DNA of 54,264 nucleotides from an uncultured Erysipelothrix sp. (GTDB lineage Bacteria; Bacillota_I; Bacilli_A; Erysipelotrichales; Erysipelotrichaceae): NCBI GenBank assembly GCA_964429205.1, contig CAYSBB010000001.1, positions 14,416 to 68,679 of the forward strand, read 5' to 3'. Shown piece by piece: positions 1 to 9,476 of this stretch (position 1 is its first letter; each line of letters starts with the position of its first letter). The notes under the pieces were generated by a model. It saw only the letters and a program-made list of their open reading frames with translations, ran no database searches and was not told where the DNA came from. The position numbers and the translations under genes were made by a program.

Positions 1-241
1 CTTTTAAGCCACCTGCTGTTCCTATATTTATAATCAATTCAGGTTTAAAATGATGGGCTAAAATTGAAGTTGTGTAAGCAGCATTAATCTTCCCCACACC
101 ACTTTGAGAAAGCATGACATCATGATTTCCCAGTGTCATCTTCACAAGTTTAATGTCTTGGTATATATCTAAAGTTTGATGGGTACCCAAAGCTTTTAAA
201 GCTTCCAACTCTTCTGGCATGGCCGCAATGATTAAAATCAT
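1..241 (-). CDS. mtnN: 5'-methylthioadenosine/S-adenosylhomocysteine nucleosidase, N-terminal part (runs off the window edge)
   Basis: Manual translation gives MILIIAAMPEELEAL...SQSGVGKINAAYTT...PELIINIGTAGGLK, the typical MTAN motifs; ATGA overlap with the stop of the upstream methyltransferase. Confidence 0.9.
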   Translation of the reverse strand, partial: MILIIAAMPEELEALKALGTHQTLDIYQDIKLVKMTLGNHDVMLSQSGVGKINAAYTTSILAHHFKPELIINIGTAGGLK

Positions 242-909
242 GGTTTCACCTTTGAGAAAACAACCATTATTTTCTCCCCTTCTTTTAAAATGCCTTCATT
301 ATCAAAGTCTGTAAAAACATACGCTTGATAACCTTTGTTTTCAAAGCGTTCAATCAGTGTTTCTGGCATAAAGACCCACTGAATGACCTGCTCAAAATGT
401 CCATCAAGAAAGTTAATCGTATGCACAAGATGATCATCATCTTTTTCTATTTGATAAGCATAATCTAAATCTTCAACCGTACCTTCTTCATAATAAGGAA
501 TATCAAATTCTTCAAGTCGGTATGGATGATGAAAATCTACAATAATATGATCGCTCAAAGCACTCGATGTTTTCACAAATGCGTCCATATCTTCAAAAGT
601 TGTCATATAGTTTAAAGAGTCTCCAACACAAACACAGGTATCATAGCGTTTTGTATCTTCAAAATGCATAAAGTCACCCAGTACCATTTTTGATTTTAAG
701 TGTGGATATTTAAGGATTGCCTTACTGAGCATTTCTTCATCGATATCAACCCCTAAAACATCATATTTTTGATCTAAAAGATTCAAAAGATCACCAGTAC
801 CACTGGCAAATTCAAGAACACTTTGACCCTGTATGTGTTTCTTTAAAAACTTATCATACAGCTTTGTGCCTTCCAGATCAGAAAACAGTAAATCATAAAC
901 GTTATTCAC
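238..909 (-). CDS. Class I SAM-dependent methyltransferase (YqeM-like)
   Basis: VLEFASGTG and CVGDSLNY motifs; position after rsfS; likely GTG start at 909 rather than 957. Confidence 0.85.
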   Translation of the reverse strand: MNNVYDLLFSDLEGTKLYDKFLKKHIQGQSVLEFASGTGDLLNLLDQKYDVLGVDIDEEMLSKAILKYPHLKSKMVLGDFMHFEDTKRYDTCVCVGDSLNYMTTFEDMDAFVKTSSALSDHIIVDFHHPYRLEEFDIPYYEEGTVEDLDYAYQIEKDDDHLVHTINFLDGHFEQVIQWVFMPETLIERFENKGYQAYVFTDFDNEGILKEGEKIMVVFSKVKP

Positions 910-1225
910 GGATAAACTCCTTGTATAATTTATCAAGATCATAGTGTGATCTTTCATCTGTTGTAAAAATATGAGCGACTACATCCAGTGCATCCACCAC
1001 AACCCATGTCGCATCGGGTGTATTGCCTTGGTGTTTGATTTCATAGCCTGCATCTACAACAGCTTTTTCTACTGCATCCGCGATCGCTTTTACTTGGCGT
1101 AAACTTTGGGCATCACAAATCACAAAATAATCGCAAATGGGGCTGGTGTTTTTAAAATCCACCACAGCGATATCTTGTGCTTTCATGTTTTCCATTGTAC
1201 TTTGAATAATTTCTAATAATTTCAT
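902..1225 (-). CDS. rsfS: Ribosome silencing factor RsfS
   Basis: KAQDI...DYFVIC...WVVVD..DVVAHIF...R.HYDL.KLY; conserved context after nadD/yqeK. Confidence 0.93.
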   Translation of the reverse strand: MKLLEIIQSTMENMKAQDIAVVDFKNTSPICDYFVICDAQSLRQVKAIADAVEKAVVDAGYEIKHQGNTPDATWVVVDALDVVAHIFTTDERSHYDLDKLYKEFIRE

Positions 1226-2232
1226 AAATGCTCCTTCAAATATGCTTCATTTTCTTTTTTAACGGCCATAAAGCCTTTTTCTAAATCTTGTTTTGTCAGT
1301 TCTATAAGATGACTCGCATCATATACACGTCCTGGCTCACACTTATCCGCAATAAATAAAATCATCGCATAAGGATTATAAGACGTGCCCCCTACATGGT
1401 TTTCAATAGCATCTAAGACATCTTTGTCTTGTATATGATACTTTGTCTTTAAAATAAAACTTGCCATAAACCCATGGTAGAATGCCTTTGGTAAATTAAG
1501 ATGTTCTGGATAATGTTTTTTCATCATCTTCGTCATTTCATCCATATCATATTCTTTACATAAATCATGACACATCCCAATTAACCGTATCTTTTTCAAA
1601 TCAAGATGATGTACTGATCCAAGCGAAACAGCCAAATCAGTGACCCTTAAAGTATGTTCAAAACGATAGGAACTCATACTGTTTTTACATAAAGTATTCA
1701 GATATAAATTCTCATGCATCATATAGTTCAGAATTTCAGGTTTTGTGAGATAAGACTTTCCTTCTCTTATTTCAGTTGAAGAGACGTTAATCTTAGATCC
1801 TTTAACTACAGGGTAAGGATGTGCTTCTTCATATCCTTCTCTTTCGTAAACAATAAATTGAACAAGTTTATTTAATGTTTTAAAATCTTTCCATTTGTTT
1901 AAATCTTTAATTTGATCAGATCCAATGAGCCAACTGAACTTTGCATCAGGGTGTATTTTCTTTAAAGCTTTCAGTGTATCAATTGAATAAGAAGGTTTGG
2001 GTAAGTTGTTTTCTATATCACAAATAAATAAATTTTTTTCCCCTTCTAACATCATCTTTAACATGGTTTCCCTTTGTTTAAAAGATGTGTTTTCTTCTTT
2101 AAAGGGGCTTTGTGCTGCCAAAAGAAACCAAACTGCGTCGGCTTCTCTTTCTTTTAAAGCATTCTTTGCGATTTCTAAATGCCCATCATGTACGGGGTCA
2201 AAAGTTCCACCAAATAAAATGATTTGTCTCAA
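1222..2232 (-). CDS. nadD: Fused nicotinate-nucleotide adenylyltransferase NadD and HD-domain YqeK (Ap4A hydrolase family)
   Basis: GGTFDPVHDGH, IGSD and SSTEIR in the N-terminal half; RFEHT..HD..H..IADK HD motifs in the C-terminal half. Confidence 0.92.
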   Translation of the reverse strand: MRQIILFGGTFDPVHDGHLEIAKNALKEREADAVWFLLAAQSPFKEENTSFKQRETMLKMMLEGEKNLFICDIENNLPKPSYSIDTLKALKKIHPDAKFSWLIGSDQIKDLNKWKDFKTLNKLVQFIVYEREGYEEAHPYPVVKGSKINVSSTEIREGKSYLTKPEILNYMMHENLYLNTLCKNSMSSYRFEHTLRVTDLAVSLGSVHHLDLKKIRLIGMCHDLCKEYDMDEMTKMMKKHYPEHLNLPKAFYHGFMASFILKTKYHIQDKDVLDAIENHVGGTSYNPYAMILFIADKCEPGRVYDASHLIELTKQDLEKGFMAVKKENEAYLKEHL

Positions 2233-2513
2233 ACAATAATTCTTCCTTTTTTACTGTAGCGATATAAAACAATCACACGTCCTACAACGCTGATCACTTC
2301 ACTTGAGAAATCTTCTGAAAGTTTCTCAGAGACTTCTTTGGCGCTAATGGGTGATGTTTTTAAAACATTGACCTTCACAAGGTTATGAGAAATTAAAGCA
2401 TTCTCAAAACTTTCTAACACAGTTTCTGTTAAACCGTGTTTACCTACCATCACGATGGCCTTTTCTTGGTGTGCCAGTGATCTTAATTTTTTCTTTTGTT
2501 CGTTACTTAACAT
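2229..2513 (-). CDS. yhbY: YhbY/CRM-domain RNA-binding protein
   Basis: LRSLAH...VGKHGL...HNLVKV...VGRVIVLYR. Confidence 0.9.
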   Translation of the reverse strand: MLSNEQKKKLRSLAHQEKAIVMVGKHGLTETVLESFENALISHNLVKVNVLKTSPISAKEVSEKLSEDFSSEVISVVGRVIVLYRYSKKGRIIV

Positions 2514-3535
2514 TAAATAATTGCCTTTCTTATAATAATTTCCACATCTTTATCCATGCGTGTTTCTAGTGTTTTTAATTTTCCTTGTATTGAGATAAAC
2601 CCAATATCAAAGATTTCTAAATCAAGTCGTTCTTCTTTTGTGGGCCATACACGTTTTCGATAACTTGCATCTTGAATCATAAATTCATGTTCAAGCTCTA
2701 AGTTTGCATCAGCTCTTGATGCTTTTACGCGTTTGACTTTGATGGGTAAATAGCTGATAAAGTTAATCGTCTTAACTGGTTCTACCACAATATAACCTAA
2801 GTTACCAATCATGATGGCTTGTTTTTCATAAATTTGAATGACTGTGGGTTTAATGGGTTTTGAAGGTGCCAGTTGGAGTAAGTTTTCATCTGAGAACTTA
2901 TCAACAAGTTTACTTTCTTGAATAAAACCTGGCGTATCATACACCTCATAATGTTCATTTTCTATTTTAATAATCCCTGCGGTGGTACTTGAGACAGGTG
3001 ATACAGAAAGTGTGTCTTCTTTTAAAAGTGTATTTAAAAGTGATGACTTCCCTGCATTAATACATCCCACAAATGCGACAGGCGCATCCAGTAAGTAGGG
3101 TAAAATGCCTTCTAAACTCTTTCTTTTCTTTGCGGATACAAAGATTAAATCTTGAAGTGTCACATTGTATTCTTTTAATATTCGCATGATTGATTGTTTC
3201 AATTTATTATCTGAAACTGAATTTGGGAGTAAATCACGTTTATTAATCAGTAATACCACATTTTTGCCACTGAGTGCACGAATTAAACCTGTATGCAGTG
3301 ATTGATTCAAGTGCATGATATCCACAACCCAAAAGATGTGTCCCTTAAAGTTTTCTATAAATTCTGTCGTTTTTGCGCTGTCGACTTCTTGTTTGACACG
3401 TTTGAAGTCTCTATAATGGCGCAGTCTAAAACAAGACTGACATAAGTCTTGGGATAGATTTTTTACATAACCTGGGCCATTTGGATTCTCTGTTTGTAAA
3501 ACAGCACCGCAACCCATACATTTTTTTTCATTCAT
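2513..3535 (-). CDS. yqeH: Ribosome biogenesis GTPase YqeH
   Basis: CMGCG..CQSC Zn knuckle; circularly permuted NKRD, GCINAGKS, DTPG; start moved to MNEKK. Confidence 0.9.
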   Translation of the reverse strand: MNEKKCMGCGAVLQTENPNGPGYVKNLSQDLCQSCFRLRHYRDFKRVKQEVDSAKTTEFIENFKGHIFWVVDIMHLNQSLHTGLIRALSGKNVVLLINKRDLLPNSVSDNKLKQSIMRILKEYNVTLQDLIFVSAKKRKSLEGILPYLLDAPVAFVGCINAGKSSLLNTLLKEDTLSVSPVSSTTAGIIKIENEHYEVYDTPGFIQESKLVDKFSDENLLQLAPSKPIKPTVIQIYEKQAIMIGNLGYIVVEPVKTINFISYLPIKVKRVKASRADANLELEHEFMIQDASYRKRVWPTKEERLDLEIFDIGFISIQGKLKTLETRMDKDVEIIIRKAII

Positions 3536-3565
3536 TGTTTTATCGTTCCTTACTGATATCAAAGC

Positions 3566-3596
3566 AAAATCTGGTGCAAAAAAGCGCACCAGTTTT
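3566..3596 (-). terminator. Inverted repeat between parC and yqeH (terminator or operator)
   Basis: CTGGTGC-N8-GCACCAG flanked by A4 and T4. Confidence 0.5.
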
Positions 3597-3613
3597 CACT
3601 TGTATTATATCAA

Positions 3614-6079
3614 TTATATTTCAAGTTTTAAAGCTTCAACAGTTTGTTTCTTCTCTTCAACAGGGGCATGAACTTTTTCTGAATATTTTAAAGGTTCAAC
3701 AACTGAGAAATCTGTAAACTTCACAACGGATGAATAGCTTGCATCAAAGCCCATCAGTGGAATTTCTTTAAGTTCTAAGATATCCAAATCTTCATGATGC
3801 AGTGTAATACTATCTTGAATATTACCAACACCAATGTATTTAATATGGTGTGGATTACTCTTTACTTTACGTGCTGCCAAAATACCCATCGTATTTCTGT
3901 TATTGACTTCAACATCACTTGCTTTAAAGCGTTTGAATTGATAACGATCTGATAAGAGGTAAATATCTGATTCATCACTTAAAATCTGAGCATGCGTTAC
4001 GATATCTTTATCACGAAGTCGCATCGCAATCACACCTTTGGCGCGAAGGCCTTGATCATTAATATCTTCAATCTTCAAGCGCATGAGTTGGCCACTTTGA
4101 CTTGCGATTAACACATCATCACTATCTTTTGCGAGGTGTGCCCCCACTAAGTGTGCCCCTTTATCAAGATTCATCAAGTCATAGAGGCGATTATTACGTT
4201 TTACTTCTAATAATGAAAGGGCCGTTTTCTTAATCATACCACTTGAACTGTTTGTGATCACAAACATATACGTATCAAAATCTTGAACCATAAAGGCTGA
4301 AATGATCTTTTCATCTGGATCCATTTTCACGTATTGGTTTAAGTGTGATCCCATATCACGCCATCTGGCTTCTTCGAGATCATGGACCAGTATATGGCCA
4401 TAACGCGCTTTACTGGTCACAAAAACCACTTGGTCGAGCGTATTGACTTGTCCAATTAAAATTGGACGGTCTTTTTCATTTAAAGTGATTTCAGATTGTT
4501 TACTGGAGTTATATGATCTCATGCTAACTTTTTTAATATAACCTTCATGAGATAAGGTCAGCATCATTTCTTCACTTGTGATAAGACTTAAGTGATCAAT
4601 TTCTAAATCTGAGATTTCTTTTTCAATTGAAGAGCGTCTTGTGAGTGGGAAGTTTTCAATCATATCGTTGAATTCTTCAACCATGAGTGCATTTCTTGTG
4701 TCTTTGTCTTCAATGATGTTTTTAAGTACACGTATTTCAGTTTTTAATTTACTGAATTCTTTTTTGAGTTCAGTAATATCAGTTGAAGATAAACGGTAAA
4801 GTTGTAAATCAACAATCGCACTGGCTTGATCAAATGAAAATTCAAAGGCTTCAATTAAATTATCACGTGAATCACTTCTATTTTTAGAAGCTCTGATGAG
4901 CGCAATTATTTCATCTAAAATACTGACCGCTTTAATCAGTCCTTCTAAAATATGAAGGCGTTTTTCTTTTTGATTTTTTCTATAGATGGAACGTTTTAAA
5001 ATCACGTCTTCTCTAAATGAAAGATATGCATCCAAGATGTTTAAGACACCCGTAAGTTGGGGTCTTTGGTCGATGATGGATACCATATTGGCGTTGAAGT
5101 AAACTTGTAAGTCTGTTTCTTTTAAAAGTAAGTTAAAGATACTGGTTGTATCTGAGTTTTTCTTACAGTCAACCACAATTCTTAAACCATTACGATCTGA
5201 TTCATCTCGAACATCCATCACATCACTCAGTTCATCCACTGCTTTTTCAAAACGGAGTTCATCAATTTTACGAACAACATTTGATTTAATGACATCATAG
5301 GGTAATTCAGTTACGACAATTTGTGTCATCCCACGTGATTCAACAATTTCATGTTTTGCGCGAAGCACAATACGTCCGCGTCCTGTTTCTAAGATGCTAT
5401 CAATGCCATCTTGTGATTGAATGATGGCTCCTGTTGGGAAATCTGGTCCTAATATATATGACTTTAAATCATCCAGTGTTGAATCTGGATTAAGGACACG
5501 ATGAATACATGCATTGAGTACTTCATTTAAATTAAAGGGTGGAATGTTGGTCGCATAACCTGCCGCAATTCCTGTTGCCCCATTAATGAGTAAGTTAGGA
5601 TAGCGTGATGGTAGAATGGATGGTTCTGTAGTCATATCATCATAGGTTAAGACAAAAGGAACCACCTCTTCATCAATGTTTTCTAAAAGTGAGTGTGATA
5701 GTTTGGAAAGTCTTGCTTCTGTATAACGCATGGCTGCAGCGGGATCATCATCAATCGATCCGTTATTACCTTGCATATCAACCAGTGGCATGTTCATTTT
5801 CCATGATTGTGATAGACGTACCATGGCTTCATAAACAGAAATGTCACCATGGGGGTGATAGTTCCCAATCACAAGTCCCACTGTTTTGGCAGATTTTCTA
5901 TATGGTTTATCAAAGTTATTGCGTTCTTTATGCATCGCATAAAGGATACGTCTTTGTACAGGCTTTAAGCCATCACGTACATCAGGTAGTGCCCTTTCCT
6001 GAATGATATATTTAGAGTAACGCCCAAAACGTTCACCCACGATATCTTCAAGTGGCATTTTAATTACATCATGAGACAT
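3614..6079 (-). CDS. parC: DNA topoisomerase IV subunit A
   Basis: RALPDVRDGLKPVQRR, YHPHGD, AAMRYTE; follows parE, which is divergent from plsY as in the Bacillota topo IV locus. Confidence 0.95.
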   Translation of the reverse strand: MSHDVIKMPLEDIVGERFGRYSKYIIQERALPDVRDGLKPVQRRILYAMHKERNNFDKPYRKSAKTVGLVIGNYHPHGDISVYEAMVRLSQSWKMNMPLVDMQGNNGSIDDDPAAAMRYTEARLSKLSHSLLENIDEEVVPFVLTYDDMTTEPSILPSRYPNLLINGATGIAAGYATNIPPFNLNEVLNACIHRVLNPDSTLDDLKSYILGPDFPTGAIIQSQDGIDSILETGRGRIVLRAKHEIVESRGMTQIVVTELPYDVIKSNVVRKIDELRFEKAVDELSDVMDVRDESDRNGLRIVVDCKKNSDTTSIFNLLLKETDLQVYFNANMVSIIDQRPQLTGVLNILDAYLSFREDVILKRSIYRKNQKEKRLHILEGLIKAVSILDEIIALIRASKNRSDSRDNLIEAFEFSFDQASAIVDLQLYRLSSTDITELKKEFSKLKTEIRVLKNIIEDKDTRNALMVEEFNDMIENFPLTRRSSIEKEISDLEIDHLSLITSEEMMLTLSHEGYIKKVSMRSYNSSKQSEITLNEKDRPILIGQVNTLDQVVFVTSKARYGHILVHDLEEARWRDMGSHLNQYVKMDPDEKIISAFMVQDFDTYMFVITNSSSGMIKKTALSLLEVKRNNRLYDLMNLDKGAHLVGAHLAKDSDDVLIASQSGQLMRLKIEDINDQGLRAKGVIAMRLRDKDIVTHAQILSDESDIYLLSDRYQFKRFKASDVEVNNRNTMGILAARKVKSNPHHIKYIGVGNIQDSITLHHEDLDILELKEIPLMGFDASYSSVVKFTDFSVVEPLKYSEKVHAPVEEKKQTVEALKLEI

Positions 6080-7979
6080 GGGTATCCTCCTCTAAAGTAA
6101 AGGCGACGTTGGCTTCAATCCAATCACGACGGATATCTACCTTATCACCCATCAGTGTGACAACACGACGGTCTGCTTTATAAAAATCATCAATTTGAAC
6201 TTGAATTAAAGTACGACTCTTAGGATCCATCGTTGTCTCCCACAGTTGATCCGCATTCATTTCTCCAAGACCTTTATAGCGTTGGATTTCAAGTTTTCCA
6301 TGTTTTTCTCTTAAAGCATCCAGTTCGTCTTCTGTATATAAGTAATGGACTTCTTTTTTAATTTCAACACGATAAAGTGGAGGTTGTGCAAGATAAACAA
6401 GCCCTGCTTCTACAAGTGGTCTCATGTATCTGAAAAAGAAAGTTAAAAGTAAGACTTGAATATGGGCCCCATCTGTATCAGCGTCAGTCATGATGATGAC
6501 TTTATTATAGTTGGAGTCTTTCACTTCAAAATCTGCCCCTACACCTGCACCCACTGTATGGATGATGGTATTGAGCTCTTCATTTTTTAAGATGTCTTCA
6601 AGTTTTGCTTTTTCAGTGTTTAAAACTTTACCTCGAAGCGGTAAAATGGCTTGAAATGATGAATCACGCCCTTGTTTGGCACTCCCACCAGCTGAGTCTC
6701 CTTCCACTAAAAAGAGCTCGTTTTTAGCTTTGTTTTTAGTTTGGGCATTCGCAAGTTTACCAGATAAAATGCGTTCAATACGATTTGTCTTACCTTGTCG
6801 TGCTTTATCACGGGCTTTACGTGCAGCATGACGGGCTTGGGCTGATTTTTGAATTTTCGCTAAAATAGCCATAGAAGATTCATGATGAAGATCTAGATAG
6901 CGGGGTAGTTGATCCAAGATGATATTTTCTACAACATTTTTTGCGAGTGGTGTTCCCAGTCTTCCTTTTGTTTGTCCTTCAAATTGAAGTAAGTTTTCTG
7001 GAATTGAGACAGAGACAATGGCAGAGAGCCCTTCTCGAATGTCTGCCCCTTCAAAGTTTTTATCTTTTTCTTTTAAGACATTTTGTTTTCTCGCATAATC
7101 ATTAATCACTTTTGTGAAACCTGATCGATACCCCACAACATGTGATCCACCATCAGATGTACGCACCAAGTTAACATATGAATACACATTTTCACTATAT
7201 CCTGTGTCATATTGAAAAGCTAAGTTTACTTCAATGCCTTCCATAGAACCAGATAATAAAATTGTTTCATTTAAAACTTCTGTGTCTTCATGAATATAAT
7301 TCATAAAGGCTGTGAGGCCATCATCATATTTAAATGTCTTGGTTTCATCAATACGATTATCTGTGACAATGAATTCAATCCCTTGAAGTAAAAAGGCAGA
7401 TTCTTGAACTCTCTCACAAATCGTATCAAAGCTTAGTTTGGATCCTTTAAAAATTTGTGCGTCTGCTTTAAAACGCACATAAGATCCTTGTTTATTTCTT
7501 TGATTGATGACATTTAGTTTTGAGATATCTTTGCCGCCATTTTTAAATTCCATAGCATATGTTTTATCATTTTTAAAAACATTCACTTCGAGGCTTTCAC
7601 TTAAAGCATTCACAACAGATGCCCCCACACCGTGAAGTCCCCCACTTGTTTTATATCCAGCTTCTGAAGAGAACTTACCCCCAGCATGAAGCACCGTAAA
7701 AATAACTTGTAAAGCTGACACGCCACTGGCATGTTTTTCAACAGGCATTCCACGACCATAGTCGCGAATGGATACTGTTAAATCATCTTCAATTACAAGT
7801 TGAATTGTTTCTCCATAACCGTTGAGAGCTTCATCAATCGCATTATCCATGATTTCCCACACAAGATGATGAAGTCCCCTTTGATCGGTTGACCCAATAT
7901 ACATACCAGGTCTTTTTCTAACTGCTTCTAAACCTTCTAAGATTTCAATACTCGAAGCAGAATAATTCGTTTCTTTCAA
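6069..7979 (-). CDS. parE: DNA topoisomerase IV subunit B
   Basis: EAVRKRPGMYIG, GGLHGVG, EGDSAGG, PLRGK, DADTDG, RYKGLGEM; TTG start. Confidence 0.95.
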   Translation of the reverse strand: MKETNYSASSIEILEGLEAVRKRPGMYIGSTDQRGLHHLVWEIMDNAIDEALNGYGETIQLVIEDDLTVSIRDYGRGMPVEKHASGVSALQVIFTVLHAGGKFSSEAGYKTSGGLHGVGASVVNALSESLEVNVFKNDKTYAMEFKNGGKDISKLNVINQRNKQGSYVRFKADAQIFKGSKLSFDTICERVQESAFLLQGIEFIVTDNRIDETKTFKYDDGLTAFMNYIHEDTEVLNETILLSGSMEGIEVNLAFQYDTGYSENVYSYVNLVRTSDGGSHVVGYRSGFTKVINDYARKQNVLKEKDKNFEGADIREGLSAIVSVSIPENLLQFEGQTKGRLGTPLAKNVVENIILDQLPRYLDLHHESSMAILAKIQKSAQARHAARKARDKARQGKTNRIERILSGKLANAQTKNKAKNELFLVEGDSAGGSAKQGRDSSFQAILPLRGKVLNTEKAKLEDILKNEELNTIIHTVGAGVGADFEVKDSNYNKVIIMTDADTDGAHIQVLLLTFFFRYMRPLVEAGLVYLAQPPLYRVEIKKEVHYLYTEDELDALREKHGKLEIQRYKGLGEMNADQLWETTMDPKSRTLIQVQIDDFYKADRRVVTLMGDKVDIRRDWIEANVAFTLEEDTHVS

Positions 7980-8073
7980 TGTATTACCCCTCTCACTGTA
8001 CTATTATAACAAAAATAATTTAAAAGATGTTATTGTATTGGAAATAATGATAAAATAATGTTGAGGTGAACTT

Positions 8074-8676
8074 ATGAATATATTAATCGCTTCAATAATA
8101 GGGTATTTAATTGGTTCTGTACCATTTGCCTTAGTCGTTGGAAAGTTATTTTATAAAGTAGATATTCGTGAACATGGTTCTGGTAATTTAGGTGGAACCA
8201 ATGCAGGTAGAACTTTGGGTGCGAAAGCAGGGATTGCCGTTGCGATTCTTGATGTGTTAAAAGCTTCAATCGCAATGCTGATTGTACAGCTCTTTGCGCC
8301 AAATGCCATTATCTTTGCGGGATTCTTTGCGACCATTGGTCATTGTTATCCAATCTTCGCAAACTTCAAAGGTGGTAAAGCTGTTTCAACCGCAGCTGGT
8401 TTTTTACTCGCCATATCTTTGATGATTACAGGAAATTTCTTATTACACTTTTTACTTCCTGTTGCACTGTTCTTTGTGGTTTTATATTTTACCAAAATGG
8501 TTTCTTTATCCGCTATGTTGATGTTATGTTTGGCAACGGCCATTCTATACATCTCAAAAGTTGATTTAAGCATCAGTGGTACATTCACAATCATCACATT
8601 GATTGTAATCTATCGACATAAAGACAATATCAAACGTATTCGTGATGGTAACGAAAACAAAATAACTTGGATGTAA
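8074..8676 (+). CDS. plsY: Glycerol-3-phosphate acyltransferase PlsY
   Basis: GYLIGS, GSGNLGGTN, GHCYP, FKGGKAV, RHKDNI.R. Confidence 0.96.
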   Translation: MNILIASIIGYLIGSVPFALVVGKLFYKVDIREHGSGNLGGTNAGRTLGAKAGIAVAILDVLKASIAMLIVQLFAPNAIIFAGFFATIGHCYPIFANFKGGKAVSTAAGFLLAISLMITGNFLLHFLLPVALFFVVLYFTKMVSLSAMLMLCLATAILYISKVDLSISGTFTIITLIVIYRHKDNIKRIRDGNENKITWM

Positions 8677-8698
8677 GGTGCTAAAACGGCACCTTTTT
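8675..8698 (+). terminator. Intrinsic terminator after plsY
   Basis: AAGGTGC-loop-GCACCTT followed by a T tract. Confidence 0.7.
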
Positions 8699-8756
8699 CA
8701 AACAATTGTCATTGATTTTATCGAAGCGTAAACTAAAGACAGACTAGGAGAAAATT

Positions 8757-9476
8757 ATGATAAAAATAGATAACCTAACAAAAACTTATAACGACACATT
8801 TGTGGCGGTAGACAACATTTCTATGCATATAAAACCTGGTACCATTGTGGGTTTTATTGGGCCCAATGGGGCCGGAAAAACAACCACACTCAATATGATT
8901 ACCGGCATCCTTAAACAAGACAGTGGCACCATTAGTATTAATGGTCATGACACATTAAGTGATGATATCAATGCGAAACGTGAATTTGGATTTGTTTCAG
9001 ATGATCCTAATGCTTTTTTAACACTTAAAGGGATTGAATATTTAAACTTTATTGCGGATGTTTATGGCATTGATAAAGAGACAAGAAACCAGCGTATTGA
9101 ACACTATTCAAAAGAACTTTCTATAGAAGATAGTCTGGGTGATAAAATCGCCTCTTATTCACATGGGATGCGACAAAAAATCATGGTCATTGGGACTTTA
9201 ATTCATGAACCCAATATCTTAATTCTTGATGAACCCTTAACAGGACTTGACCCGCATGCTTCATTTGTTTTAAAGCAACTGATGAAAAACCGTGCAGAAG
9301 AAGGTAAAGTAGTGCTTTTCTCTACACACGTCTTAGAAGTGGCTGAAAAGCTTTGTGATCAAATCATTATTATTAATCATGGTCATATTCTTTATACCGG
9401 TACACTTCAAGCACTGAAAGAGAAATATCCAGAATCCTCCTTAGAAGAGATCTTCCTTGAGGTCACAAAAGCATGA
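8757..9476 (+). CDS. ABC transporter ATP-binding protein
   Basis: GPNGAGKT, YSHGMRQK signature, LILDEP, STH switch. Confidence 0.93.
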   Translation: MIKIDNLTKTYNDTFVAVDNISMHIKPGTIVGFIGPNGAGKTTTLNMITGILKQDSGTISINGHDTLSDDINAKREFGFVSDDPNAFLTLKGIEYLNFIADVYGIDKETRNQRIEHYSKELSIEDSLGDKIASYSHGMRQKIMVIGTLIHEPNILILDEPLTGLDPHASFVLKQLMKNRAEEGKVVLFSTHVLEVAEKLCDQIIIINHGHILYTGTLQALKEKYPESSLEEIFLEVTKA

